64,000 nucleotides of DNA from Octopus sinensis (Eukaryota). The notes below the pieces were generated by a model that searched no databases, was not told the DNA's origin, and saw only the letters and a program-made list of their open reading frames with translations. How positions within the stretch are numbered: position 1 is the stretch's first letter; each line of letters begins with the position of its first letter. Location of the stretch: contig NC_043003.1 in NCBI RefSeq assembly GCF_006345805.1, positions 87,730,001-87,794,000 of the forward strand, given 5' to 3'. Shown here piece after piece: positions 50,735 through 64,000 of this stretch. A program made the translations under genes and the position numbers.

Positions 50735-52115
50735 ACTTTGAGTTCAAATCTTACTGGGGTTAACTTTGCTTTTCCATATTTCTGGGGATCAATAAAATAA
50801 GAAGTAGTGTGGGGCTCTGGGAGAACATATGAAATAACTCTACAGCTACCACCAAATTTATGACCTCAGGCCTAAGTTAGAAATCCTCATCATCGCTATT
50901 ACTGGCAGAACAGTTAGAGCATCAGAATAACTGTTTTACAGTATTTTTTCTCATTATATTTTGAGATCAAATTCCACCAAAGTTGACTTTGCCTTTTAGC
51001 AGTTCAAAGTTGATAAATTAAGTATCACTTATTGATTTAACTGGTTCCCTCATCCAACTCAAAATTGTCGGCCTTGTGCCAAAATTAGAACTATTAGGGT
51101 GGTGGATTATCAGAGATGTCTTCTTGTATTCATCTATTAACTTGTTAGATAATATTGAGTTAAATATATCTCCAGATTAACAGCATGGGAAGGTATGTCT
51201 ATATTAAATATAGTCCTGCCTGATCAACTTTTTATTTGCTCATATCATTTCAGTTTTAATTTTTATTTATTTATTGCAATGAATTAGCAGATTCAGTAAA
51301 CAATAAGCAAAATTCCTCACAATATTTGTTCTGACTCTATAATCTGACTTCAAATGGAGCCAAGATCAACTTCAACTTTCAACCTTCTGGGGTTGATAGA
51401 ATAAAGTACAAGTACTGAGGATGAATTAACTGCCTAACCTCTCTCACAAATTTGCACCCTTGTGCCTATGTCAGGCACTATTATATAAAAGGATTGTGGA
51501 TTGGCAGAATAGTTAGTGTTGACCAAAACACCTAATGGTATTTATTCCGGCTCTTCATATTCTGAGTTCAAATTCCCCTCCCCTCAAGATTGCTGATCTT
51601 ATGCCTAAATAAGAAACCATTATTTTCATTATTATTATTATTGTTGTTGTTGCAACAAAATTCTTTCCAATATTTGTTCCAGCTCTTTATGTTCTGAGTT
51701 TATATAACACCAAAGTCAACTTTGCTTTCATTGTCAGAGGTCAACGATATCGCCTAATCCATCATCCCACCACAAAATTTCAGGCCTCATGACTAATTCA
51801 GAATCAATGAAAGATGGTAAATTGACAGAATCACTAGAGTATTGGAAAAAAACAAACACAATATTGTATATGTTCTGGCTCTTTACATTTAGAGTTCAAA
51901 TTCCACTGCAGTGAGTTAGCAGCAGTGGTACAGTGATAAACAAAATTCTTAGTGGTATTTTGGTAAGCTTTTTTCTTAACCTTCTAAAGTCAAATCCTAC
52001 AGTTAAATGTGACTTTAATACTTTCGGGGTGGATAAATTAAGTGCCAGCTATCAAGCATTATGGTTGATTTAATTTATTATGTCCCTTAATTTATTACGT
52101 CCCTTAGCCTAAATG
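50735..52115 (+). mobile_element. Cluster of ~7 degenerate tRNA-SINE copies, all on +
   Basis: Repeated GGCAGAA...GAGTTCAAAT...ACTTTGC...GATAAA..AAGTA...GGCCTTGTGCC blocks separated by (ATT)n. Confidence 0.7.
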
Positions 52116-52629
52116 TATGGCTTCATGCCATCATCATCATCATTTAATGTCCATATTCCATGCTGGAATGGGTTGGATGGTTCAACAGGATCTGACAAGC
52201 CAGAGGTCTGTGTCACGCTCCAATGTCTGCTTTGGTATGGCTTCTATTGCCAGGTATTCTTACTAATGCCAGCCATTTCACAGGGTGTATTGGGTGTTTT
52301 TTTGTGATACTAGCACTTATAAGGTTGCAACTGCAATTGAGACTCTTTGACAGCTTGCGATTGAGACCCTTTGACAGAGTGGCAGTGCAGTATTGAGGGG
52401 AAGTACTTTGTGCTAGATCTTAAGAGGATAAAGTATATCAGCAGGACAGGAACAAGTTTTTTGCCATAGAGGAGATACATGGCTACCTCAACAGGAGAGA
52501 ATGGATGGTGGAGATGAGGTTTAATCTTCGTAGTCAGTGGCCTTGATCATTTCTTTTAGGCAAAACATGATGCCAGTGTAGTCAGAGCAAAGGCCTGTGT
52601 GCTCAAAAACAAGGGGACAATATGTAGGA

Positions 52630-52760
52630 GGTGATAAGTAATTGCACAAAGAGCAAATCACCTAGTTTGGATGGCCTACTCTATGACTTCTACAAATTCA
52701 TGTCAGACTTGTTTGATGAAGTCTGGACAGATGTCTACCACATCTAGCACAGTGAAGAAA
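52630..52760 (+). mobile_element. L1/Tx1-like RT fragment
   Basis: KSPSLDGLLYDFYKFMSDLF resembles the KSPGxDGLPxEFYK motif; short and isolated. Confidence 0.45.
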
Positions 52761-54037
52761 CAGGAAATGGTACTGTTGTTGAAAAATGATGTCAACAAAG
52801 GGATGTGGTAGGTAATTATTATTATCATTATTATCAATAATATCAATAATGCCGACTTTTTGATTTTGTACATACCTATCATGTGTGTCATACTTACTTC
52901 AAGGGAAGAAGCGAGTGGCAATGTGGGAGAGAGGAAGACAGAGAAGAGAAAGAGACAGTGAATGGAGACAGCATTTGTTTTGTTTTTTTAAACGTTTATC
53001 AGTATATTCAGAGTAGACTAAAACATACATCACAAGAAAAGTAGATACGTAGGTCATAAGAAAAATAGATACATAGATCAAAAGAAAAGTTGATACATAG
53101 ATAAATAGACACATTGTTAAATCAAAGACAATTAACTACAACAAATATTGGATTGTCACCTTCAGTTTTCATTATCACACAAAGATAAAATTAACTCACA
53201 AGTGGCTAAGTACTCCACAGACATGCATACCATTAACATAGTTCTTAGGGAGATTCAGCCTCACACAGAATATGACATGACTGGCCCCTTTGAGTTACAG
53301 CTACAACTCAATTTGGCCAGCTGAGTAGACTGGAGCAAGATAAACCTTGGAAGATAAAAAAAGATCCTATATAGGGGCAGGAAAATCTCTTTAGTCATTA
53401 GGTTCGCTAAGGGTGTTAATAGGGTTCTAACAGCAGCATTTGTGGGTCTCACAGATCTGGAGGCCAAGCCCCCCAGATAAATACTGATGCTCAGGCTGTT
53501 ATCAAACTGGGCCTGAGTTGAGGGCAAAGTCACTACATGACAGAATAGCAATTATTTCATCTTAGCTTTCACTGTTTATACTAAACACATGATATTTTTG
53601 CATTATGATACGGAACATTTCCTTTTCTTCCGCTCTATTTTAAAGAAAATATGGTATTCTGTCAGTTACAGCGATGACGTTCCTGTTTATCTGATCAATG
53701 GAACAGTCTGCTCATAAAATTAATGCACAAATGGCTGAGTACTCCAAATGTCCCACGCCACCATCTCAAATGTCTTTGCAAAATCATTGATTCTATACTT
53801 CTACTGCCACTTCTCTCAAGCACCTCCACATTACTAATGGCCATTTTCCAGTTTATCCCCAAATTTTTCTCAGACAGTATTGATGAAATCATTCCAATTG
53901 CCTTACCTGCCTACAGTAAAAAACCCATGCCTTACTTCTATATAGCAAAGATGGGAGGAAGAATGTGTTATATACCTTAACTTTAATATATATACATACA
54001 CACACACATACACACACACACATACATACATACATAA

Positions 54038-54068
<31 letters not shown>

Positions 54069-54164
54069 CATCTCACACAGCTGCATCCTCGTTACATATA
54101 CTGTTATATACCTTAACTTTAATATGTATACACACACACACATATATACATACATACACACACA

Positions 54165-54650
54165 CGACAATAATATGCAGTTTAATGCTGGAAAATTCCA
54201 AACCCTGTGCCAACAGCACCTAAAGCCACACAAAAAATTTACAGGGTACACTAGCCCACAGGGGATTACTATCCTAGAACCTAAATCAGTGCATAACCTG
54301 GGTATCGACATGAATGATGATATCTCTTTCCGAGTGCACATTACCAGAAAGGTGACACAGTACAGACAGCTGAGAACCTTCAGAAGCAGAGAGAAGGAAA
54401 TCATGATGGTGCTCTGGAGGACATTCATCTTTAGTCACCTAGACTACTGCTCCCAACTATGATCTCCCCAACTGGATCTCTTCCTGTCGAGAGTCCCAGA
54501 TGAACCTAACTCGCAGAAAGAGGCACAAATGAGGGTAGTGACATCAAACTCCCTTATTGACTAAACGCCACATATCAGAAGAGGCTCTCAATAATAACAG
54601 TGTAGCAAAACAGCGGTGGCCCAGCAGCTTTGACCTGAAAGCAATAAAAG
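54165..54650 (+). mobile_element. CR1-group 3' fragment with internal deletion
   Basis: NNMQFNAGKFQ...LWRTFIFSHLDYCSQL joined to LDLFLSRVPDEP. Confidence 0.75.
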
Positions 54651-54949
54651 AGTAGTTATATTTCAGTCAGTAATGTGTGAGATTCACAAACAGATGAGAT
54701 AATATCTTATCTCTTCACTGATCACCTAATCACTTCAAACAAGAAAACCTGAACATGATCAAAGTTGTCAAGTTATCTAATCACTGTTTACTTCACCACT
54801 ACCACCACCACCAACAACACCATCTCTCAGACTATGTGTCCCATTTGTCAATTACTACATTTTCAACATTCTTCACAATAATGACCTTTGAAACCAGTTA
54901 GATTGCCTAGTTTAACCATTTACTCATTTAGTAAAAAATAACTAAAGGA

Positions 54950-55440
54950 AAACCCCTCCAGTTCGCACATCTTCCCTAATCGACTCTTCCCCTCCTTCAA
55001 ACGAGCCCACAACATACAAGACCTCTTGGTCCACAGCTTCTTCCCTAACCCAACCTTGCTCCCGCCCACGCTGCCACACTTGCCCTTACCTCTCCAACAC
55101 CACCCTCCTCACTGGCACTCATCATCGACCCTATCACATCACTGACTCCTTCATCTGCACTAGTACCAATATCATCTATTGCATCTCCTACTCTCTCTCT
55201 GCCATTCTCTAGACATCAGGCAAACGGGATGCCGCTTGGCTGACCGGTTCACGGAACACCTCTGAGACATCTGACTCGGCAATGATACTCCAGTCTTGCA
55301 CCATTTCCGCTCTACATGTCCCTCTTTGCAACACCTGTCCGTGTTCAGATTGTCCTTGCACAGGGGCCATCCGGACTCCCATTTGCGCCTTGAACAGGGA
55401 TTAATCTTCTCTCTTCGCCCCTTCCTCTCTTCATCTAACT
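54950..55440 (+). mobile_element. PLE GIY-YIG fragment
   Basis: PSFKRAHNIQDLLV...FICTSTNIIYCI...QTGCRLADRFTEHL in broken frames; composition like the PLE at 1-500. Confidence 0.65.
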
Positions 55441-55709
55441 TTTTCTCCTCCCCTCGCCTCTCTCCCCACTCACACCTATATATTCCCACTCACCTCTCTT
55501 CTCTTGCTCTGACTCCTACTTCTCTTCACTCCTACCCATCTTCTCCTTCCTCCCTTCATCATTACCCTCCCTCGTAAGCCCACCCCACCCCTACATATTC
55601 CAACCCCAGCTTTCCTATCCTTCCCCATCCAACCCCACCCCTTACACCCACTCCCACATAACCCACCTCTACTCCCACCCACACCCCACCCTTACTTTAC
55701 CCACTCCAG

Positions 55710-56010
55710 TCAGTCATTTGACTACGGCCATGCTTGAGCACTAGCTTTAGTCGAGCAAATCGACCCCAGGACTTATTCTTTGTAAGCCCAGTACTTATTC
55801 TATCGGTCTTTTTTGCCGAACCGCTAAGTAACGGGGACGTAAACACACCAGCATCGGTTGTCAAGCGATGCTAGGGGGGCAAACACAGACACACAAACAC
55901 ACACACACATACACATATATACACATATACGACAGGTTCCTTTCAGTTTCCGTCTACCATATCCACTCACAAGGCATTGGTCGGACCGGGGCTATAGCAG
56001 AAGACACTTG
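55710..56010 (-). mobile_element. SINE with CR1-like 3' tail, truncated by assembly gap
   Basis: Matches 46704-46830; internal (CA)n. Confidence 0.8.
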
Positions 56011-56110
56011 NNNNNNNNNNNNNNNNNNNNNNNNNNNNNNNNNNNNNNNNNNNNNNNNNNNNNNNNNNNNNNNNNNNNNNNNNNNNNNNNNNNNNNNNNN
56101 NNNNNNNNNN
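56011..56110. other. Assembly gap (100 N)
   Basis: Run of n; a round 100 usually marks a gap of unknown size. Confidence 0.99.
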
Positions 56111-57115
56111 AAATGTAGTCTATAGTATAAGATGTATAGAGGGACAATGCAGTAACAAGACGACATACGTAGGGGAAACTGCACGAAGCATAGGAGAGCG
56201 AGCGAAAATGACCATTGGAGAGAACTTAAGGAAGAAAAGAGCTCATCGATTCTATACCAACACGCCGAGCAGGTACACGGGGGCTCAATCAACAACATAG
56301 AAGTTAAAATCTTGTCCACACATAGAACAGACGCAACAATCAAACACATTACAGAAGCTACACACATAATAGAAGATAAACCTAGCCTGAATTGGAAACA
56401 GGAATGGAACACTAGCACACACCACAACATATGACAGAAGAGGATCCCCATAAACTGGTTACAATATAAACAAAACTGAAAACATAATAAAATAAAATAC
56501 ACAGATAAATAAACAAATGGAATTAAATAACTATATACATTGTTTAATTAAAAAAATTTTTTTTTTCATTTTTAAATTCTTTTTTTATTATTATTATTAT
56601 TACTAGAATTGTTGTTATACATACTTACACACAAGCAAACGGAATAATGATAATAATAATAATAAGTGGATGTAAACACATGAACAAAATAAGAATGAAC
56701 AAAAACAAATTACACGAACGTATATAAACAGAAGATAAAAATATTACAGGCATTTCACCCCCCCCCACACACACACTAAATAAACATAGATGCACATAGA
56801 GATATACGCATGCGCAAATGAAGACACACAATAGGAATACAAAATGGCTGACGGTTAGTAAGGAGAGACACACAAATAAGAAAGAAGAAAGCAAAGGACC
56901 ACTGATGCAGTCACAGGAGTGTGACGAAAGAACTCTGGCTGAAATAAGATTAAGATTAATGTAAAAAATAAATAACAATGAAGCAAAGTAACACCAAATA
57001 TATAGTGCGTGTGTTTTTATTGGCTAAACAGGCAAAATGACCATTCTGAAATACAACAATATCTGTTTCAACACACAATTTCACATAAAAAATCTTGCAC
57101 AACAAATATGTATAC
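56111..57115 (+). mobile_element. PLE 3' part, sister copy of 9833-10960
   Basis: Colinear high similarity from AAATGTAGTCTATAG to AATCTTGCACAACAAAT. Confidence 0.88.
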
Positions 57116-57151
57116 ATATATATATATATATATATACATACATACACATAT

Positions 57152-60100
57152 AGATGAAACAGCTAAAGAAGGAAAAACAAAAACAAAGGATGAAACAGCC
57201 AAGGAAAGAGGCAAAGCTGACTATCCATATACCAAAAATGATAGAAAGAGACAGCACACAAAATGTGCAAATTCTACCTGAAAGGTGTCTGCTGGCATGG
57301 AGAGGAAGGTGCAGGCTGCCGTTTTGCACACCAAAAACCCTGCCACATAAACACGAAACAGGGTGGAAACCAACTGCCAAAAGGAAAAGGAAAGGACTAC
57401 GCACCACCTGCCCTAAAACGGAGGTACGCAGATGTAGTGCATGTTACAAACCATCAACATGTTATTGAAAGGGCAGCTGCTGGACAAGAATTTTTTTTGT
57501 ACATGGCACAAAAGATTGTACAGCAGCTAACCTGGCTCCATCAAACTCAAACTCACAGATGGGACTGTCCACAATACACAAGACCACCACAGCAAATAGA
57601 CCCCAGGTGGACACCACTGGCAAGAACACACACATCACATTGATGCTCTTACTGAACATCAGGGGACTGCTAACACTCAGTAACAGGACAAAAATCCCTT
57701 TCTTGAGAGACCTTGTTGCATGCAATCAAGCCTTATGCATAGCACTTATGGAAACAAACCCGAAACTAGATATAGCAAATGCGGAAATACATATACCACA
57801 GTATGTTGTATTACGGACCGATAGAAAAGAAAAGAGTCATGGTGGAGTTGCTATGTACAACCGTGAGGACCTCACACCCCAGATCCTTTTGTCATACTCA
57901 AATTCAGTGTGTGACACACTAATTGTACATATAAGGCAACTTGGTGTAGTTATATGTGCTACATATTGCCCTCCAGATGCTCCAAGTCATGTAGGCAAGC
58001 TTGAAGACTGCCTTACAAAAATAAAAGTTCTAGTCACATTAGAACAACACATAAGTGTACTTCTTATGGGAGACTTCAATCTGCTCAATGTCAGATGGCC
58101 CAAGGGCCTTTCTCTCTCAGGAATGACATGATGCAAATAAGGTCCCTCCTGAACCTCATCAACACACTGTACATGGAGCAAATAGTGCTCCAACCAACCA
58201 GGGCAGGTAACACACTGGATCTCTGCTTCACAAATAATATGGATCTCATCCATAATGTGAAAGTGACACCGACGCTACTCTTGGACACAACCATGGTAGA
58301 GCTAACCATGTACGGGCCAAAGGAAAGCATGGACATGCAGCCTACAAGAAAATCTCAGAATCTTTCCAGCTTGAACTTCAATAAGGCAAACTGGAAACAA
58401 ATTGAGAAAAAGATCCTCAAACAAAACTGGCCTGAATGTCTCTCCTCACCAGACATCAACATGAAACTTCAACAATTCATGTCTGTAATGCAAGCCATAT
58501 GCTACAAATGTGTCCCAGAGAGAAAGGCCACTGTACACAAGAACAAAATCCCCAGAGAGAGGAAAATTTTTATGAGGCGGCGTACAAAAGTTTCAAATCA
58601 CCTAAACAAACAAATTGAAAGCAATGAAATGTCCTGCCTGAAAATAAAACTGTTGGAAATTGAAAAATGTCTGCAACTCTCCCATGAAAAAGAAAGAGCA
58701 GACAAAGAAGCCTGGGCTATAGACAACATAAAATCTAACCCCAGAGCTTTCTACAAGTTTGCCAAAGAAACAGCTACGGTGCACTGCAGGATAAGGCCAC
58801 TCCTTGAAAAAGATGGTACACTCACAGGAAATACAATGAGGATAAGTGAAATACTAAATGAGCAATTCAAAAGTATTTTCACTCCACCCCTAGTACACTT
58901 TCAAGTCAGCAATCCAACTGACTTCTTTACCACTGCAGATATAAAATCAGAGGCAATGATGATTGATTACAACAATATAAAGGAAGACGATGTAATAAGG
59001 GCTATAGATGAAATGAACCCAAACTCAGCTACTGGCCCCAATGGATTCCCAGCAATCCTTCTAAAAGTATGTAAGCGAGTCCTAGCAAGACCACTGCAGT
59101 TCCTCTTTCAGAGCTTCTTTGCAACTGGTAAACTTCCAAGAAAACTGAAGGAAGGTAAAATATGGCCTATTCATAAAGGAGGTAGCAGAGCAGAGGCCAA
59201 GAACTACAAACCTATCTCTCTGACCTCACACATCAGCAAGGTCATGGAACGAATAGTCAGAAGGAAACTAATCACCTTCCTTGAAGAAAATAACTTGCTG
59301 CCTGATATCCAACATGGTTTCCGACCAGGAAGGAGCTGCCTAACTCAGCTCCTACAACACTATGACTGGGTGCTGAAACAACTGCTCAACCACTCAAATG
59401 TGGAAGTGATGTATCTCAACCTTGCAAAGGCCTTTGATAAAGTCGATCATGGAATGATATGTCACAAACTATGTATGACTTTGTGAAGGATAGAAGTCAG
59501 GTGGTAGTAGCCAAAAGGGCCATCTCCAATAACACGCAAATAGTGAGCAGTGTTCCGCAAGGCACTGTTTTGGGACCACTGCTGTTCATATTGGCCCTCT
59601 CAGACATGCCCTCAGCCACGCAGAGAGCCACAATCACAAGTTAGGCAGATGATACAAAAGTTTCACAGGTAATACAGAACCCTGAAGACACTATGCTCCT
59701 GCAATGTGAGCTGGACAAAATATACAAGTGGGCTGAAAAGAATAGCATGCAATTCAATGCTGAAAAGTTTCAAGGTTTATGCTATCAGCAATACCCAATA
59801 AATACACTGGACCTAGAGGGATTGCAATCCCAGAGGCACAACTAGTGTGAAACCAGGGTATTTACATGAGTAATGATGCAACCTTTCATGTGCATGTTGC
59901 TAAACTGGCAATGAAATGTAGGAGGCTGACCGGATGGATTCTTAGAACCTTTAGAACAAGAGACCAGGAAACCATGATTGTCCTCTGGAGGACACTTGTC
60001 CTAAGCCACTTTGACTATTGCTCTCAGCTATGGTCACCAACCAGTGTCAAATTAATCACAGAACTTGAGGCAATCCAACGAAGCTACAAAAAGAGGATAG

Positions 60101-60625
60101 CCTCTGTGCAGCATATAAGATATTGGGAAAGACTCAAGAGATTAAGACTCTATTCCTTAGAGCGTAGGCAAGAAAGATATGCCATAATATACATCTGGAA
60201 GATCCTGGAAGGACTTGTCCCAAACTTTGGCATCGAGAGTTACATAAATACTAGAACGGGCGCCACTGCATAGAGCCAAAGACTCCAAATTTACCATCAA
60301 GATGTAGGACAAGATACTACAATAGCCTGGGCTTCAGAGGTCCATAGCTTTTCAATATCCTCCCAAAGGACCTGAGAGACCTGCATGGGGTGGATGCAGG
60401 TGTCGTTAAAATAAAGCTGGACCTCTTCCTGTCAGATGTCCCAGATGAACCAACTTCACAGCAGGAGATGCAGATGAGGGCAGCTGCATCACACTCTCTC
60501 ATGCACCAAATGTCAATTGCTAAAAAGAATTTGTGTAGTAAAATTATGTAGCAACACCGAATGGTGGTGCCCCAGCATCGCCACAGTTCGTGAGCTCAAA
60601 CTTGATGAAATGAAATGAACTGAAA
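57152..60625 (+). mobile_element. Near full-length CR1-group LINE (ORF1 end with CCCH finger, APE, RT), disrupted
   Basis: CKFYLKGVCWHGEEGAGCRFAH; LNIRGL...LMGDFN...PTRAGNTLDL (APE); QHGFRPGRSC...AKAFDKVDH...VPQGTVLGPLLF...*ADD (RT); (TGAAA)n tail; TA flanks. Confidence 0.92.
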
Positions 60626-60634
60626 TATATATAT

Positions 60635-61250
60635 AGAACAAGAGAGAAGGCGACACTGATGGTCCTTTGGAAGACATTCGTCCTCAGCCACTTGGACTAC
60701 TGCTCCCAACTATGGTCACCACACAATATAAGGTTAACAGCGGAAATCGAAGCAATTCAACAAAGCTACACTAAGAAGATCATCTTAATGCAACATATCA
60801 GCTAATGGGAAAGACTGAAAGTATTAAAACTCTTCTCCCTGGAGTGAAGGCAGGAGAGATATGCAGTGATATACATCTGGAAAATCCTGGAGGGTCAACA
60901 CCAAATGGTGGCATTCAAGGTTAAGCCAACAGCAGAATGGGGTGCCAAAATCCCAACATCACCATCAAAATACAAGACCAGATACTGCAACAACTTGGGT
61001 TTAAGGGGACAACAACTCTTCAATATCCTTCCTAAATTCTTGAGAGATCTGCATGGTGTGGATCTGTGTTTCTTTAAATCTAAACTGGATCTCTTCTTGT
61101 CAGGGGTTCCAGATGGACCTACCTCCAAGCAGGAAACACAGATGCAGGCAACGGCGTCGAACTCACTTATTGATCAAGCATAGCTCATTCTAGCTCATTA
61201 AACGGTGGTGCACCAGCATGGCCGCAGCCTTCAGGCTGAAACATTTTTAA
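60635..61250 (+). mobile_element. CR1-group 3' fragment, related subfamily
   Basis: LWKTFVLSHLDYCSQLWSP...FNILPKFLRDL...LDLFLSGVPD. Confidence 0.82.
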
Positions 61251-61259
61251 GGATTAAGG

Positions 61260-62740
61260 ATATATATACATATATATATAGATATATATCTATACATACA
61301 TATATAGATATATATATATATATATATACATACATATAAATATACATACATATATAGATATATATATCTATACATACATATAAATATACATACATATATA
61401 GATATATATATATACATACATATATAGATATATATCTATACATACATATATATATACATACATATATAGATATATATCTATACATACATATATATATACA
61501 TACATATATAGATATATATCTCTAACATACTATATATATACATACATATATAGAATATATCTATACATACATATATAGATATATATACATACATATAGAA
61601 TATATATATACATACATATATATATAGATATATATAGTATATATATACATACATATATAGATATATATATAGATATATATACATACATATATAGATATAT
61701 ATATAGATATATATACATACATATATAGATTATATATAATATACATACATATATATAAGATATATATATATTATACATACAATATATATAGATATATATA
61801 TACATACATACATATATAATATAGATATATATATATACATACATACATATAAGATATATATATATACATACATACATATATAGATATATATATATACATA
61901 CATACATATATAGAATATATATATACATACATACATATATAGATATATACATATATATATACATACATACATATATAGATTATATATCATACATATATAT
62001 ATACATACATATATATTACATACATATATATATATACATACATATATATATACATACATATATATATACAACATATATATATACATATATATATATATAC
62101 ATACATATATATATATACATACATAAATATATATACACACATACATTATATATATACATCACATATATATATACGTACATATATATATACATACATATAT
62201 ATATATAACATACATATATATATACATACATAAATATATATATACAATACATAATACATACACATACATATATACATACACATAATATATACATACCTAC
62301 ACATATACATATATATGATATATACAATATACATATATACATATATTATACATACATACATACATATACATACATACATATATATATCATACATATTACA
62401 TACAATATATATATACATACATACATACATACATATACATACATACATATATATATTACATAAATATATATATATACATAAATATATACATACACTTATA
62501 TATATACATATATATATATATACACTTATATATATATATACACTTATATATATACATACACATATATATACATACACATATAGATACATACACTTATATA
62601 TATACATACACTTATATATATATACATTACATATATATATACATACATATATATATATATACATACATATATATATACATACATATATATTATATATACA
62701 TATATATATATATACATACATATATATATACATACATATA

Positions 62741-62780
<40 letters not shown>

Positions 62781-63492
62781 CATACATATATATATACATA
62801 CATTATATATACATACATATATATATATATATATACATACATATTATACATACATATATATATATACATACATATATATAATACATACATATATATATAT
62901 ACTACATATATATATATACATACATATATATATATACATACATATATATTACATACATATATATATATATACATACATATATATATATATACATACATAT
63001 ATATATATACATACATATATATATATACATACATATATATATATACATACATATATATATATTACATACTAATATATATACATACATATATATATATACA
63101 TACATATATATATATACATACATTATATATTATACATACATATATATATATACATACATTATATAAATACATACATTATATATATATATATACATAATAA
63201 TATATACATACATATAATACAACATACATATATATACTACATACATTATATACATACATACATATATATACATACATACATATATATACATACATACCAC
63301 ATATATATACATAATATATATATATACATACATATATATATATACATACATATATATATATATATATACATACATATATATATATACACACATACATATA
63401 TATATATACATACATACATATATATATACATACATACATATATATATATATACATACATACATATATATACATATATACATACATATATACA
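61260..63492. repeat. ~2.2-kb (TA)/(TACA)/(TAGA) microsatellite
   Basis: Direct reading. Confidence 0.97.
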
Positions 63493-64000
63493 TGGGTAGA
63501 TAAAGTAATTGAGGTAATCAGAGTATGTGACAGAATACTTAAGATTAGATTAGTGCTTCATCATAGTTTAGCAACCATTATATCAGCCTATGCTCCTCAG
63601 TCGGGGCTACCCGATGGACAGAAAGACCGATTCTATGACACTCTACTGCAGACTACCTCGTTGACGAACGACAGAGACCTTATCTTTGTGGCTGGTGACT
63701 TTGTGGTTGGACGACATGCTGGGGGCTCCCATGGCGTACATGGAGGCTATGGCTATGGCTCCCGCAACGAGGAGGGAACCAGGCTGCTGGAGTTCTGCGA
63801 TGCAAATAATTTCATGATTTGCAACACTAACTTCAGGAAACCTACCAGCCATCTAGTCACTTACCGATTGGGCCAACATACCAGCCAAATTGACTACATC
63901 CTTGCAAGGCAAAGGGAGAGATGGCTGCTTATAAATGCCAAAACCTTCCCAGGTGAAGAATATACCCCACAACATAGACTGGTAGTTAGTGACTTTAGGA
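63493..64000 (+). mobile_element. RTE APE endonuclease fragment (continues beyond the window)
   Basis: [10 protein letters not shown]...FVAGDF...[12 protein letters not shown]...CNTNFRK...SQIDYIL...[10 protein letters not shown]. Confidence 0.88.

Noticed and set aside
55710-57115. Apparent SINE-PLE chimera
   Set aside because: The two parts are separated by a 100-N assembly gap, so adjacency is not established.

Overview
This is AT-rich, repeat-saturated eukaryotic DNA; the SINE/RTE/CR1 families and long (TA)n/(TACA)n tracts suggest a cephalopod such as Octopus (inference). One host gene is supported: a fatty acyl-CoA reductase (FAR1/FAR2-like) on the minus strand. Its first four coding exons (50294-50497, 38584-38759, 29782-29854, 3749-3855) have GT-AG boundaries, splice in frame into 186 aa, and are separated by introns of 11.5, 8.7 and 25.9 kb; the gene continues left of the window. 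Almost everything else is transposon-derived: Penelope-like elements (PLEs; several with inverted pseudo-LTRs and hammerhead-ribozyme-like motifs), RTE and CR1-group LINEs, tRNA-derived SINEs, Helitrons, mariner/maT/Tigger remnants, microsatellites and a 100-N gap. The most interesting signals are the hammerhead-like motifs in inverted PLE termini, several fold-back structures, a head-to-tail Helitron pair and a mariner made of two 5' ends. I found no clearly new gene system. Exon coordinates were read base by base; most TE boundaries are approximate.
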